Positions 48,294-58,737 of a stretch of 64,000 nt of DNA are shown here, piece after piece. The stretch is from Candidatus Bathyarchaeia archaeon (GTDB lineage Archaea; Thermoproteota; Bathyarchaeia; Bathyarchaeales; Bathycorpusculaceae): positions 32,001-96,000 of the forward strand of contig JBEKBM010000001.1 of assembly GCA_050015395.1 (NCBI GenBank), given 5' to 3'. The translations under genes were made by a program, and so were the position numbers. The stretch's first letter is position 1; each line of letters begins with the position of its first letter. The notes beneath the pieces were generated by a model. That model was given only the letters and a program-made list of their open reading frames with translations, was not told the origin of the DNA and did no database searches.

Positions 48294-49609
48294 TCTGCCA
48301 TCCGCTGATTAGCGGTTAAATTGTCAAGCTGTTCTCGTTCCCTAATCACGACGGGCTTGCCTTGCCTAATCATGACTTCTGCAGCTCGCGGCCTTGAGTT
48401 GTACTGTGAGCTCATGCTGAAACCGTATGCTCCAGCGTTCAAAACCGCCAGCAAGTCACCCTCCTCGACCACAGGTAGCTCTCGGTCTTTGGCTAAGGCG
48501 TCGCCTGACTCGCAGATTGGACCTACCACATCATAGGTTTCCTTATCAGCCGCTGCAAGCTTATTGGCGACTAGTATTGGATGGTAGGAACCATACATCG
48601 TTGGTCGTACCAGCGTGTTGAAGCCTGCATCCACGCCGACGAATTTTTTTGTAGGCGTAATCTTGACAGTGTTAACGGCTGTTAAGAGGATACTTGCGTC
48701 ACAGACCAAGTATCTGCCTGGTTCAACGCACAAAAAGGGTTTACCGAGACCATATTCAGCAACCTTACCCTTGAACGGCGCCACCACTTTCGAGACGAAG
48801 GCTACTAAATCGAACTCTTGGTCCTCTGGCTTGTAAGGAACCCCAAAACCGCCGCCGATATCGATGAATTCAAACTCGATGCCTATTTCATCATGAACCC
48901 GCTTAGCTATGCTCAACAGTTTATCCACCGCCAAAACGTAAGGTTCTACGTCAAGAATACCCGAGCCAATGTGCATGTGAATACCAAATCGTTCGACCCT
49001 TGCCTTCTTAGCAGTCGCATAAGCCTTTAGAGCATCTTCTTCCGTTAAACCGAACTTTGAGTCTGGACCAGCAGTTATGCAATGGCTATGATGGCCTGCG
49101 CCGATTTCTGGGTTAACACGAACCGACAATGTCGGCGGCACAGCAATCTTTAGCAGCCTATCTAGCTCTGATTGAGAATCCACGTTTACTGTAATGTTGG
49201 CGTCTGCTAGAACTTTTAACTCGTCATTTCGGACGCTGGTTCCGGTGAACATTATGCGATCTTGTGTGTACCCGCTGATTAAGCCCATGAACACTTCGCC
49301 GGGGCTGACAGTGTCCAAGTATGCACCTTCTGACTGCAGAATCTTTAGAACCGTGAGGTTAGAGTTTGCTTTGGCAGCGTAATAGACGCGGACGTACTTG
49401 TAATTGCGGATTAAAGCGTCATGAAGCCGATTGTAATTATCTCTAATACGTTTCTCGCTTACGACGTACAAGGGAGTATCGTATTTTTCAGCCAACTCCT
49501 TAACCGAGAAGCCATCAAAGAACAAGCTGCCTTTTCGGTCCTCTAAGGGTTCACGAAGCTTTCTCTTTACCATGTTGTTTACACCAGTTGAATGCGTTAT
49601 TTTGAGCAA
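48284..49609 (-). CDS. lysA: Diaminopimelate decarboxylase (start probably ATG of MVKRK)
   Basis: YAAKAN, HIGS, GGG, EPGR, GPICESGD, GAYG. Confidence 0.96.
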   Translation of the reverse strand: MLKITHSTGVNNMVKRKLREPLEDRKGSLFFDGFSVKELAEKYDTPLYVVSEKRIRDNYNRLHDALIRNYKYVRVYYAAKANSNLTVLKILQSEGAYLDTVSPGEVFMGLISGYTQDRIMFTGTSVRNDELKVLADANITVNVDSQSELDRLLKIAVPPTLSVRVNPEIGAGHHSHCITAGPDSKFGLTEEDALKAYATAKKARVERFGIHMHIGSGILDVEPYVLAVDKLLSIAKRVHDEIGIEFEFIDIGGGFGVPYKPEDQEFDLVAFVSKVVAPFKGKVAEYGLGKPFLCVEPGRYLVCDASILLTAVNTVKITPTKKFVGVDAGFNTLVRPTMYGSYHPILVANKLAAADKETYDVVGPICESGDALAKDRELPVVEEGDLLAVLNAGAYGFSMSSQYNSRPRAAEVMIRQGKPVVIREREQLDNLTANQRMAECP

Positions 49610-49612
49610 TAG

Positions 49613-50671
49613 TTAAGCTAAGCCTTTAGCTACAAAGAGCTCAGCACTCAGAATGCCTGCGCCTGCACCACCACGAACCGTATTGTGCCCAAGACACATG
49701 TACTTGAAAGTCATAATTGGGTCCTTGCGGATTCTGCCAACTACAACGCTCATGCCGCAGCCTGTATCTCGGTCAAAACGTGGCTGAGGCCTGTTTTTCT
49801 CATGCCGAACCACGATTGGGTTCGCTGGGGCAGAGGGCAATTTGAGCTTTTGCGGTTCACCGCTAAAATTGGCAAAGGCAGCTTCTATTTCTTCTATCGA
49901 GGGGTCCTCTGCGAGCTTGATGAAGACTGATTCTAAATGCCCATCCTTTACATGGACTCTGTTGCAGCTTGCGCTAAGCTTGAAATCAGCGTTCTGGACA
50001 ACTTTGCCGTTGAAGGTGCCAAGTATCTTTAGGGCTTCCGCTTCCATTTTCTCTTCTTCGCCTGAGATAAAAGGAACAACGTTGTCGATTATGTCTAATG
50101 ATGCAACACCTGGGTATCCTGCTCCGCTAAGCGCCTGCATGGTGGAGACAATAATTTGCTTTAAGCCAAATTGCATCAAAGGCTTTAGCGTAATTGCAAG
50201 TTGGATGGTACTGCAGTTAGGATCCGTCGTTATGAAGCCTTTCCAACCTCGTGACTTCTGCTGAATCTTAATTAAATCAACATGATCAGGGTTAATCTCT
50301 GGAATGATTAAAGGAACATCTTTTTCCATGCGGTGCGCGCTTGCCTTACTGAAAACCGGATAAAGCGCCGCAAACTCAGACTCAACTGAACCCGCCAAGT
50401 CTCCTGGAAGAGACGAAAACACCAAATCCACGTCGCCTGACTTCTCCACTGACTCAACATCAGCGTTTGCTACGGGCATTTCAGCAATCTCTTTAGGCAA
50501 GTTTGACTCCATAACCCAATTGCAAGCATCCCCGTATTTTTTGCCTGCTGACCGCTCTGAAGCAGCAAGCACCTCAATTTGGAACCATGGGTGCCCCTGT
50601 AATAGTTGAATGAACCGTTGTCCAACGGCTCCGGTTGCGCCTAATATGGCTACTTTACGCTTAGACGACAT
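49613..50671 (-). CDS. asd: Aspartate-semialdehyde dehydrogenase
   Basis: GATGAVGQ, PNCST, QALSGAG, HNTVRG. Confidence 0.96.
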   Translation of the reverse strand: MSSKRKVAILGATGAVGQRFIQLLQGHPWFQIEVLAASERSAGKKYGDACNWVMESNLPKEIAEMPVANADVESVEKSGDVDLVFSSLPGDLAGSVESEFAALYPVFSKASAHRMEKDVPLIIPEINPDHVDLIKIQQKSRGWKGFITTDPNCSTIQLAITLKPLMQFGLKQIIVSTMQALSGAGYPGVASLDIIDNVVPFISGEEEKMEAEALKILGTFNGKVVQNADFKLSASCNRVHVKDGHLESVFIKLAEDPSIEEIEAAFANFSGEPQKLKLPSAPANPIVVRHEKNRPQPRFDRDTGCGMSVVVGRIRKDPIMTFKYMCLGHNTVRGGAGAGILSAELFVAKGLA

Positions 50672-51836
50672 TTTCTATTGCTTCCTTTGCTCTTTTGATT
50701 TGGCTTTCCTCGATAAAAACGTTAATGGTTGCCTTACTCGTTGTAACCTCAATGATATTAATTCCAGCTTGACTTAAAGCAGTGGAGATCTTTGCTATGC
50801 CACCAGGTGAATCAATGAAGATAGGATTGCTAATTTGGACCATGGCAACGTTTTCCCTATGAGTTATCGCCTTGGAGCCTTTTATGCCATGAAGTTTGTT
50901 TAGGACTTGAGTGACGTCGCCGTCTGCGGTGAAGATTGTTACTGATTTTCTTCCAGAGCTGACACCGTAAACTGGTTTTTTGCTAAGCACTGAGAAAATG
51001 TTTCTGATATTTTCTGCGTTAACGTTGCAAACTACGCTTATGGCAATCAAACCTTCTTGTGTTAAGATTTCAGCCGAATTCTGGTTGAAAGATCCTGTGA
51101 TTTCTGTGCCGCCACAAGCAAGGTTGCCTGAGGCAAAGTCTACTATTCTGAGGGCTTGATTTGGTAGTTTATATTTGAGGGCTTCAGCCTTGACGATTTT
51201 TGCCCCGCCTTGTGCCAAATCAAACATTTCGTGAATTTCCAACTTATTGAGTAGTCTTGCGTCTGAAACTACTTTTGGGTCTGCTGAGAGTACTCCGCTT
51301 GTCTCCTTCACCAGAATGATTTCGTCTGCGGATATACAGTTGGCTAGTAATAGCGCTGTTGTATCGCTTCCGCCTCTTCCCAGAGTAGTGACTCTACCCT
51401 GCGAGTCCTTTCCAAGGAAACCACACACAACAGGGATAACAGTACCTAGTAGGGGTTTGACGAATTGCTCGGTTAAAGATGCGGTTTTTTCCAAAATGGG
51501 TTTAGCGTGGAGAAAGTTTGAGTCGGTTATGATGGGCCAGTTCTCGTATGCTGGGTCGAATAGTTTAGCGTTTAAGCCTTGGGCTCTTAGTGCTGCGCAA
51601 AAGATTCGGGCACTTGTTCGTTCACCTATAGATATTATCTCTGCCCACTCAGCGTCGGGAACGCCTATTTGAGAAACCGTTTGGATTAGGCTATCAGTCA
51701 TTTTGCTCATAGCTGAAACTACAACAACAATTTCTTTGAAAGGCGCTTCTGCTATAAGCCGCGCTGCTTGTTGGATTTTCTCACCTGACGATAGGTCAGC
51801 GCCTCCGAACTTGATAACAACCCTGATAGCCAACAT
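50661..51836 (-). CDS. lysC: Aspartate kinase
   Basis: KFGG, VVSAM, TLGRGGSDTTA, ACT domains. Confidence 0.94.
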   Translation of the reverse strand: MLAIRVVIKFGGADLSSGEKIQQAARLIAEAPFKEIVVVVSAMSKMTDSLIQTVSQIGVPDAEWAEIISIGERTSARIFCAALRAQGLNAKLFDPAYENWPIITDSNFLHAKPILEKTASLTEQFVKPLLGTVIPVVCGFLGKDSQGRVTTLGRGGSDTTALLLANCISADEIILVKETSGVLSADPKVVSDARLLNKLEIHEMFDLAQGGAKIVKAEALKYKLPNQALRIVDFASGNLACGGTEITGSFNQNSAEILTQEGLIAISVVCNVNAENIRNIFSVLSKKPVYGVSSGRKSVTIFTADGDVTQVLNKLHGIKGSKAITHRENVAMVQISNPIFIDSPGGIAKISTALSQAGINIIEVTTSKATINVFIEESQIKRAKEAIENVV

Positions 51837-51845
51837 GCTTCACTG

Positions 51846-52667
51846 CTAAGATAAGCCTAGAACGTCGGCCATGCTGAAGACTTTAGGCTGATTCTGCTTG
51901 TTTAACCATTCTGCTGCGTAAACTGCGCCTTGAGCAAAAACGTTACGGGAGAACGCTGTGTGCTCTATGCGTAGCATCTCGTATGGTCCTGCTACGATTA
52001 AGTCATGGATTCCTGGGACGCCTCCTGCTCTTAAAGCTGTGATTTCAAGTTCGCCAGGCTGCCTTGGGCTTATGCCTTCTCTTCCAGAAACGACTTTTGT
52101 GTAACCGCGAGTGTTAGCGATGATTTCGCCTAGTTTCTTTGCTGTTCCGCTTGGCGCGTCCTTCTTGCCTGTATGATGGATTTCGTTTATACTGAAATCG
52201 TATCCTGGCGGAAAAGCCTTCAAAGCTTCAGCTAGCTTGAACAGTATATTGACGCCTACTGAATAGTTTGGCGAGAACACGGCTGGAACTTTGCCTGACA
52301 TGGCGTTTACTACTTGGCGGTTTTGCTCTGGAGTGAAACCTGTGGTGCCAAGGATTATGCGTTTTCCAAGGTTAGCAACGATGGGTATGTTAACGACTTC
52401 AGCGGCGGGCATTGTGAAACTAACGTAAGTGTCTGCGTCGTATACAGCTTCATTTAGTCTGTCGGAACTAAGAATTTGGGTGTCCGAATTGGTGATGCCA
52501 AGTTCTCGCAAGGTTTTGCCTGTGCATGGATTATTTGGAGCCTCGATTGCACCAACTATTTGATGACCTTTTGAGGTAGCTTCATTGATAATAGCGTTGC
52601 CCATTCTGCCTGCGGCGCCTGCTACACATATTTTAAGCATAGAAGAGTCCCTCCAGGTACCTCTCAT
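51846..52667 (-). CDS. dapB: 4-hydroxy-tetrahydrodipicolinate reductase
   Basis: GAAGRMG, GTTG, EIHH..KKDAPSGTA. Confidence 0.96.
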   Translation of the reverse strand: MRGTWRDSSMLKICVAGAAGRMGNAIINEATSKGHQIVGAIEAPNNPCTGKTLRELGITNSDTQILSSDRLNEAVYDADTYVSFTMPAAEVVNIPIVANLGKRIILGTTGFTPEQNRQVVNAMSGKVPAVFSPNYSVGVNILFKLAEALKAFPPGYDFSINEIHHTGKKDAPSGTAKKLGEIIANTRGYTKVVSGREGISPRQPGELEITALRAGGVPGIHDLIVAGPYEMLRIEHTAFSRNVFAQGAVYAAEWLNKQNQPKVFSMADVLGLS

Positions 52668-53700
52668 TGTATAATCGCTCTTTCAAGTCTACGTTGAAGT
52701 AGTCTGCTATGGGCTGAAGGATTCCAGGATTATTCTCGTACACTTTTCTGGCGTTTGTGAGAACTACTTCTAAGCCGTTGCGGGTCATTTTACCCAGAGG
52801 TTGCCTGCATGGACCAGACGGCATGCCTAACATGTTCATTAACGTCTTGTAGGCTAAGGGGTTTCGGGCTTTGCATGCTACTGTGCCGTATGGTGTTTGC
52901 TCTTGTGTTTTCACGGTGACTATGCTAAAGAGTGGTTGGAGTGCTTGAGCGATTCTGGTGGCTTCTTCCTGATTACCGTCAAGAATGTAGTGTGTCATGT
53001 CAGCTACTGCGCGAGGTGTAACGTTTGATGTAACTGAGATTACGCCGCTTGCATTAATATCGGGTGAAGTCATCATTGCTAATGTTTTGTCGTCGTCTCC
53101 TGAGAGGATGTCGAAGTCTTCGCCGCAAAGTTTGCGCGTTAACTCCATGTTTTTCAAATCGCCGGTGGCTTCCTTTACGCAGCGGACGTTTGGGTATTGC
53201 TGGTGAAGTATTGCTAGGTCTTGTGGGTAAAGTTGGGTTCCTGTCCTGCCGGGAATAATGTATGGAATTACTTGGACTTCAGGGAACTGCCGTGCGATTG
53301 GTTCAACGTATTCCCTGCGTATTTCCAGTGAACTCGGCCCGTTATAGTATGGGTCTACGAGCAGAACGCATTTCACGCCTAAGTGCTGGGCGTGTTCCGT
53401 GCCTTCGATTGCTTCCTGCGTTGAGTTGCTTCCTGTTCCAGCTATAGTTAAGACTTTTGCACCTGCACATTCGTGGGTTTTTTCGATTACCTTGTTGTGT
53501 TCATTCCAGTCTAAGGTGGGACTTTCGCCGGTTGTGCCGACGGCGAGTATACCTTTTACACCTTCTTTTATTTGGAAATCTACCAGTTGACGTAAGCCTT
53601 CGTAATCGACTTGGCGATTACGAGTCATGGGGGTTATTAGCGCAGTGTAACAGCCACTTAATCTTACCATTTTTAATTCCTCGTTATAGGTAATGAACAA
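52633..53700 (-). CDS. dapA: 4-hydroxy-tetrahydrodipicolinate synthase
   Basis: ALITP, GTTGES, PYYN, KEATG, SGDD. Confidence 0.95.
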   Translation of the reverse strand: MFITYNEELKMVRLSGCYTALITPMTRNRQVDYEGLRQLVDFQIKEGVKGILAVGTTGESPTLDWNEHNKVIEKTHECAGAKVLTIAGTGSNSTQEAIEGTEHAQHLGVKCVLLVDPYYNGPSSLEIRREYVEPIARQFPEVQVIPYIIPGRTGTQLYPQDLAILHQQYPNVRCVKEATGDLKNMELTRKLCGEDFDILSGDDDKTLAMMTSPDINASGVISVTSNVTPRAVADMTHYILDGNQEEATRIAQALQPLFSIVTVKTQEQTPYGTVACKARNPLAYKTLMNMLGMPSGPCRQPLGKMTRNGLEVVLTNARKVYENNPGILQPIADYFNVDLKERLYNERYLEGLFYA

Positions 53701-53831
53701 ATCATTAGCAGTATATTTAAGCGTTACGTTTTCCTTATTTTTTCTACTAAAAACGGAATATGTTCGTTATGATAATCCTAATTTGACACTTATTTCAACG
53801 TAATCGCAACCGTAAAATGGCTAAAAAATGC

Positions 53832-54149
53832 TTAACTCTCAAACGGCGTAATATAATAAGCGGTAAAAACGCCATCATAGCCATCGTAAAGCCTTCGCAG
53901 ATAAACAAGAGCATCATCAATAACCACAGCAGAAGGAATAACCAGTCTGTAATTATCCGACCGCACAACTTCCCTAAGCCTTCCCGTTTCCCTCTTAATA
54001 ATCCTCATCCGCAGAACCTTCCGCCCTGATAGATAAACAGCAACCTCGCCGCGGTGTGGATTCCCCTTTCTGACATCAATAGTTTTTTTGCTTGAGGTTA
54101 ACCATTCGAATGCTTCTTTCTTTGTACGAAAAAGGGGCAAGTTGGGCAC
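53832..54149 (-). CDS. ASCH/PUA-like domain protein
   Basis: FEWLTSSKKTIDVR resembles the ASCH GxKxxExR motif. Confidence 0.6.
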   Translation of the reverse strand: MPNLPLFRTKKEAFEWLTSSKKTIDVRKGNPHRGEVAVYLSGRKVLRMRIIKRETGRLREVVRSDNYRLVIPSAVVIDDALVYLRRLYDGYDGVFTAYYITPFES

Positions 54150-54257
54150 CTAAATTTTAGATTAAAACGACCAAAAGATAAGCTTTCAGTAAAAAAGCGA
54201 ATAACAAAATTAATAAAATATGAAAAAATGGGTTGGAATTGAAAAGGACTTGTGGTT

Positions 54258-54455
54258 TTAACCTTTGCCTTTCTCTTCTTTACCGAAGTACTTGGTCCAC
54301 TTTAGTTTACGTGCGTCTCGTTTGAATTGCAGTGAGCTTTTCTTGCATTTGCCAGAATCATACCATAAAATTGATCCGTCGTTTTTAACGAACATCATGC
54401 CTGTACCAGCTGGGAAATCAGCACCGCAAAACGAACATTTTCTTGATTTTGGCAT
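54258..54455 (-). CDS. rpl24e: 50S ribosomal protein L24e
   Basis: CSFCG..PAGTGMMFVKNDG...KWT. Confidence 0.95.
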   Translation of the reverse strand: MPKSRKCSFCGADFPAGTGMMFVKNDGSILWYDSGKCKKSSLQFKRDARKLKWTKYFGKEEKGKG

Positions 54456-54475
54456 GACAATTTCTCCTTAATAGT

Positions 54476-54694
54476 TTATCTTGTAATTTTCTTTGCTTCT
54501 CTTTCTGTTTCCCGCAGCATAAGAATATCTTGAACGCGAACTGGTCCTTTAACGTTGCGTGTTATGATTCTGCCTTTATCTTTTCCTTCCATGATGCGGA
54601 CTCGAACCTGTGTGATTTCGCCAGTGACACCTGTACGGCCTATGACTTGGATAACTTCTGATGGAATAAGCTCTTCCGCTGCTTCTTTACTCAT
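54476..54694 (-). CDS. rps28e: 30S ribosomal protein S28e
   Basis: [23 protein letters not shown]. Confidence 0.97.
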   Translation of the reverse strand: MSKEAAEELIPSEVIQVIGRTGVTGEITQVRVRIMEGKDKGRIITRNVKGPVRVQDILMLRETEREAKKITR

Positions 54695-55074
54695 TACTGA
54701 GATCCTCGTTTAACCTGGTCAATCCGAGTAACGATTTCTTTGATTAATCCTGCGGCTTCTCCTTCCTTGAGAATGCATGCTGCTGCGCATGGAACGTCTA
54801 TGCCTATTGCGTTGCCTAGTTTTTCTTTATTTGGAACGAACACGTAGGGGATTTTTCTTTCTTCGCAGAGAAGCGGTAAATGCGCCACCACTTCTGGCGG
54901 ATCAACATCTTCAGCTATTACGACAAGTTTTGCTTGAGATCGCTCAACAGCTTTTGTTGCCTCGTTTGTTCCTTTCCTAACTACTCCTGATTTAGAAGCA
55001 ATCGTTAGGGCTTCATAGGCTGCATCTACGATTTCTTTCGGTACTTCATATTTTACATAGAATGGTTTGGACAT
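54694..55074 (-). CDS. rpl7ae: 50S ribosomal protein L7Ae
   Basis: [21 protein letters not shown]. Confidence 0.97.
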   Translation of the reverse strand: MSKPFYVKYEVPKEIVDAAYEALTIASKSGVVRKGTNEATKAVERSQAKLVVIAEDVDPPEVVAHLPLLCEERKIPYVFVPNKEKLGNAIGIDVPCAAACILKEGEAAGLIKEIVTRIDQVKRGSQ

Positions 55075-55209
55075 ATTAGCCTCACCCTTTTAAGGCACAG
55101 TCTTATCCACACTTCTTATTTAAGAAGCTTTCGACTCTAAAATGTCAGTCTAATCTTTCAGCTTATAAAGCCTTTAGAAAGCTTTAAATAAACTACTACG
55201 GTCTCCTAC

Positions 55210-55488
55210 ATGTTTTTCGAGAGGGGAATGGCGCGTTTGCAAAAATTGGGCAGAGTGCGGGCGTTAACTCCGTCAAAAAACATGATTGTAAAGACTGAAA
55301 AAGCTCCTAAAATTGGCTCAGAAGTTGTTGATGAAAACTTAAAGGTTATCGGTAAAGTTTTTGATATTATAGGTCCAGTGTCTGCTCCCTATGCAGTGGT
55401 TAAACCAACTGTCAGGGAACCCGCTAAACTAGTGAATAAACCGGTGTACTTGCTTCTCTCGAAAACGAAACGGAGCAAAAATGAATGA
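55210..55488 (+). CDS. gar1: H/ACA RNP Gar1/Naf1 protein
   Basis: [19 protein letters not shown]; upstream of tfb. Confidence 0.9.
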   Translation: MFFERGMARLQKLGRVRALTPSKNMIVKTEKAPKIGSEVVDENLKVIGKVFDIIGPVSAPYAVVKPTVREPAKLVNKPVYLLLSKTKRSKNE

Positions 55489-56450
55489 TTAGAGATAGCA
55501 AGTTACATGAAGAGACAGACCAATCTGCAAAAACAGAACCGGCCAAAATACAATCATGCCCTGAATGCGGCAGCACCCGACTTATGCGCGATTATGAATG
55601 CGCCGAAATAGTATGCATGGACTGCGGTTTCGTAGTAGCAGCCAAAATAGCTGACCGAGGACCAGAATGGAGAGCCTTCGACGACGAGCAAAGGTCAAAA
55701 AGAACCAGAGTTGGAGCACCTTTAACATACACAATCCACGATAAAGGTTTATCAACAACCATCGATTGGCACGACCGAGACATTTATGGTAAAAGTCTCT
55801 CGCCCGGGCAGAAAGCGCAGGTTTATCGTCTCAGGAAATGGCAAAGGCGCATCAGAGTTTCAGACGCCACAGAACGCAACTTGGCATTTGCCCTTTCTGA
55901 AATAACAAAGATTTCTAATAACTTGAACCTTCCAAAAAACATTCTGGAGACAGCCTCAGTAATTTACCGAAAAGCAGTAAAAGAGCGCCTAATCCGAGGC
56001 AGGTCAATTCAGGGTGTTACTTCAGCAGCGATTTACTTAGCATGCAGACAATGTGCCTTACCTCGAACTTTAGATGAAATCGCTCAGTCTTCAAGTGTAA
56101 ACAAGAAAGAAGTTGGCAGAAGCTACCGTTTCTTAATCAGAGAACTAAACTATTCAATTCCACCACTTAGGCCAAGCCAGTACATAACAAAGTTTTCTAA
56201 TCAACTGACGATGCAGGGAAAAGTTGAAGAAATCGCCCACAAAATCTTAGCCGGAGCAAAAGAACTTAAACTCACGTCAGGCAGAGGACCAACCGGAATT
56301 GCGGCGGCAGCAAGTTACGTCGCGTCTGTTTTGACGGGTGAGCGGAAGACTCAGAGGGAAATCGCCGAGATTGCGCAGGTAACTGAGGTTACTATTCGGA
56401 ACAGGTACAAGGAACTCGTTGAACGGTTAATGTTCGAAATAAGCATCTAA
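55485..56450 (+). CDS. tfb: Transcription initiation factor IIB
   Basis: CPECG Zn ribbon, GPEWRAF, cyclin repeats, [13 protein letters not shown]. Confidence 0.98.
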   Translation: MIRDSKLHEETDQSAKTEPAKIQSCPECGSTRLMRDYECAEIVCMDCGFVVAAKIADRGPEWRAFDDEQRSKRTRVGAPLTYTIHDKGLSTTIDWHDRDIYGKSLSPGQKAQVYRLRKWQRRIRVSDATERNLAFALSEITKISNNLNLPKNILETASVIYRKAVKERLIRGRSIQGVTSAAIYLACRQCALPRTLDEIAQSSSVNKKEVGRSYRFLIRELNYSIPPLRPSQYITKFSNQLTMQGKVEEIAHKILAGAKELKLTSGRGPTGIAAAASYVASVLTGERKTQREIAEIAQVTEVTIRNRYKELVERLMFEISI

Positions 56451-56484
56451 TAGCCGCCTTTTCCTATTTTTCATTTCAAGCAAA

Positions 56485-56772
56485 GTGTTTAGACAGATGA
56501 CTAAGTCCAACAAAAAATCTTCAGAAGCGCCAAAAATAAAAGAGCTAATTGGAAAACTTAAGGAAATACAGTTAGGGCTTAAACAAAATTTAGCCGATCT
56601 ACAGCAGAAACTAGAAACGCTTGATTCAGAGCCTGAATTGTTGATTAGCTTAGAGAACGCCAAGAAAGATGCAGAATCAAGAGCCAGCGACCTTGAAGCG
56701 GAAGTAAAGCGACTCCGAGAAGAGCTTAAAGCCATTAAAGATTTGTTAGGCTTGAACATGGAGAAGAAATAA
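56485..56772 (+). CDS. Small coiled-coil protein
   Basis: Heptad pattern. Confidence 0.6.
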   Translation: MFRQMTKSNKKSSEAPKIKELIGKLKEIQLGLKQNLADLQQKLETLDSEPELLISLENAKKDAESRASDLEAEVKRLREELKAIKDLLGLNMEKK

Positions 56773-56847
56773 CCCTGTTAATTCTCACATTAATTCTCAC
56801 ACAGATACAGTTATTTTTTTAAGCATCATAGTAGCTTAACTAAACAT

Positions 56848-57462
56848 ATGCCCTATAAATTTACTTTCGATCTGTCAAAGGTCCCGCGTTTCTTCTTCAC
56901 TGAAATTGCGACGGTGAGTTACCAGAAGGGCATGCATAGAACATTAATTAAAAAATTACAAGAAATTATTTTAAGGTTTAGAATACAAGAAGCCACTGGA
57001 CTAAACCTTTCTGATTCCTTAGTTTTGCTTCAGGATCTAATTGATTTACAAGCAGTAAACATGATAGAGCGAGGCAAATTCTTGCAGACCAAGAAAAGAG
57101 CCCTTTTTCTTTCTCACTGCACAAGGAAGTACTTAGATAGCCGCTGTAAAGCAGTTTTTGACTCAAATATCCCGTCTTACTCGTGCTCCCACTGTTCAGA
57201 AGACTGCTTAGTTAATCAGTCTGACCGCTTAGCTCGAAAAAAGGGATATGACGTTTACGTGGTGCCAGGCGGTTCCTGCATTCCCAAGATTCTGAAGAAT
57301 ACACATTACGAAGGCGTGGTGGGAATTGCGTGTGGAGAAGAAATTAAAGTGTTGGGGCCACTTTTGAACAGTATGGATGTGGCTGGGCAAGCTATACCGT
57401 TGCTAAAGAATGGCTGTGCAAACACCATTTTTAATATGGAAACGCTCGTAAAAGTTCTCTAG
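56848..57462 (+). CDS. DUF116-family Cys-rich protein (paralog 1)
   Basis: LSHC.R...C...CSHC..DC, PGGS, GIAC, PLLKNGC. Confidence 0.85.
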   Translation: MPYKFTFDLSKVPRFFFTEIATVSYQKGMHRTLIKKLQEIILRFRIQEATGLNLSDSLVLLQDLIDLQAVNMIERGKFLQTKKRALFLSHCTRKYLDSRCKAVFDSNIPSYSCSHCSEDCLVNQSDRLARKKGYDVYVVPGGSCIPKILKNTHYEGVVGIACGEEIKVLGPLLNSMDVAGQAIPLLKNGCANTIFNMETLVKVL

Positions 57463-57650
57463 TTCCAGAGTTTGCTTATTGCGGGGTTCGTGGTTGCTCT
57501 TTTACTTTTTAGAAGCCTCGTTTTTTGCCACAGGTGAACACTTTTAAAACTTAAAAGATAACGCGCCGCGGCGCTAAAACAAAACTGCGTTTCCATATGC
57601 AGTTGTAAAAGATATTCTTTTTAAGTTTGGCTCTTTATTCATCTTGAGTT

Positions 57651-58265
57651 ATGCCCTATAAGTTTACTTTCGACATTTCAAAGGCGCCCCAACACTTTTT
57701 CATAGAACTCGCCATTGTCGGCAACCAAATGGGCATGCAGAAGGTTTTTGAGAAAACCTTACAGGAATTAATCAGAAAATTCAGAATTCAAGAAGTTACA
57801 GAACTTAACATCCAAGATGCCGTGGTGCTAATTCAAGACCTCCTCAAGATGCAAACTTTGAATTTGACACAAAAACAGGAATTTCTGCAGACCAAAAAAA
57901 GGGCTCTGTTCCTTCCCCACTGCTGTAGGAAATACATGGATAGTCAATGCCACGCCGTTTTTGAGCCGAGCTTGACCTCTTACGTTTGTGCTCATTGCTC
58001 ACCCGACTGTTTTGTCAACAAGGCGGAACACATTGCCAGAGAGAAAGGGTACGACGTTTACGTTTTATCTGGGGGTTCTTGTATGCCTAATATTTTGAAG
58101 CAGAAGAAGTACGAGGGTGTTGTGGGCGTTGCATGCGGTCCAGAAGTGATTATGTCTGGCGAAAAGTTGAGCAGTATGGGCATGGCTTGGCAATCTGTTC
58201 CGTTGCTAAAGAACGGCTGTGCCAATACATTTTTCAACATTGAAACGCTGATAAAAACGCTGTAA
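57651..58265 (+). CDS. DUF116-family Cys-rich protein (paralog 2)
   Basis: Same motifs and same length (204 aa) as paralog 1. Confidence 0.85.
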   Translation: MPYKFTFDISKAPQHFFIELAIVGNQMGMQKVFEKTLQELIRKFRIQEVTELNIQDAVVLIQDLLKMQTLNLTQKQEFLQTKKRALFLPHCCRKYMDSQCHAVFEPSLTSYVCAHCSPDCFVNKAEHIAREKGYDVYVLSGGSCMPNILKQKKYEGVVGVACGPEVIMSGEKLSSMGMAWQSVPLLKNGCANTFFNIETLIKTL

Positions 58266-58480
58266 AATAAGAGATTTATGAACCCAGCGTCAACGACTCG
58301 AACGGCGTATACTCGTTTCCGACTATACCTATACTCTCACCCTATAATGACTTGATTTTATTACTACCCTGTCTTTTCAATATGCATTCATAGACTATAT
58401 GACCTGAATCGAATATAATGTCCTGAGAAGTCCTTTCAGGAAGATAAAAGTAAAACAAAAATAAACTCTGTTACTTTACT

Positions 58481-58642
58481 TTACTTTACTATTTCTCGTT
58501 TCTTCCAGCGCAGGTTCTTGCCTTTGCATTTTCTGCATTTCAATGCAGTTGCAGCGTTGCGTGCGCCGCAGTCTCTGCAGATTTTCATGTACAACCTGTG
58601 CTTCTGCGCTATGGCCTTTTTAACTGGGTCTAATATTGGCAT
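58481..58642 (-). CDS. rpl40e: 50S ribosomal protein L40e
   Basis: Manual translation MPILDPVKK...KICRDCGARNAATALKCRKCKGKNLRWKKREIVK*. Confidence 0.93.
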   Translation of the reverse strand: MPILDPVKKAIAQKHRLYMKICRDCGARNAATALKCRKCKGKNLRWKKREIVK

Positions 58643-58737
58643 TTTATTGTTAACCGTCCATTTTGGCTAAGTCTTTGATGGGTAAGTATCAAATATACCT
58701 TTTGTCTTAACTTTGCAATTACAGGAAAAGCTAATCC

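Noticed and set aside
56778-56801. TTAATTCTCACA duplicated
   Set aside because: Single short slippage-type duplication with no other copies seen
58471-58490. (TTACT)4 microsatellite
   Set aside because: Overlaps the rpl40e stop; too short to interpret
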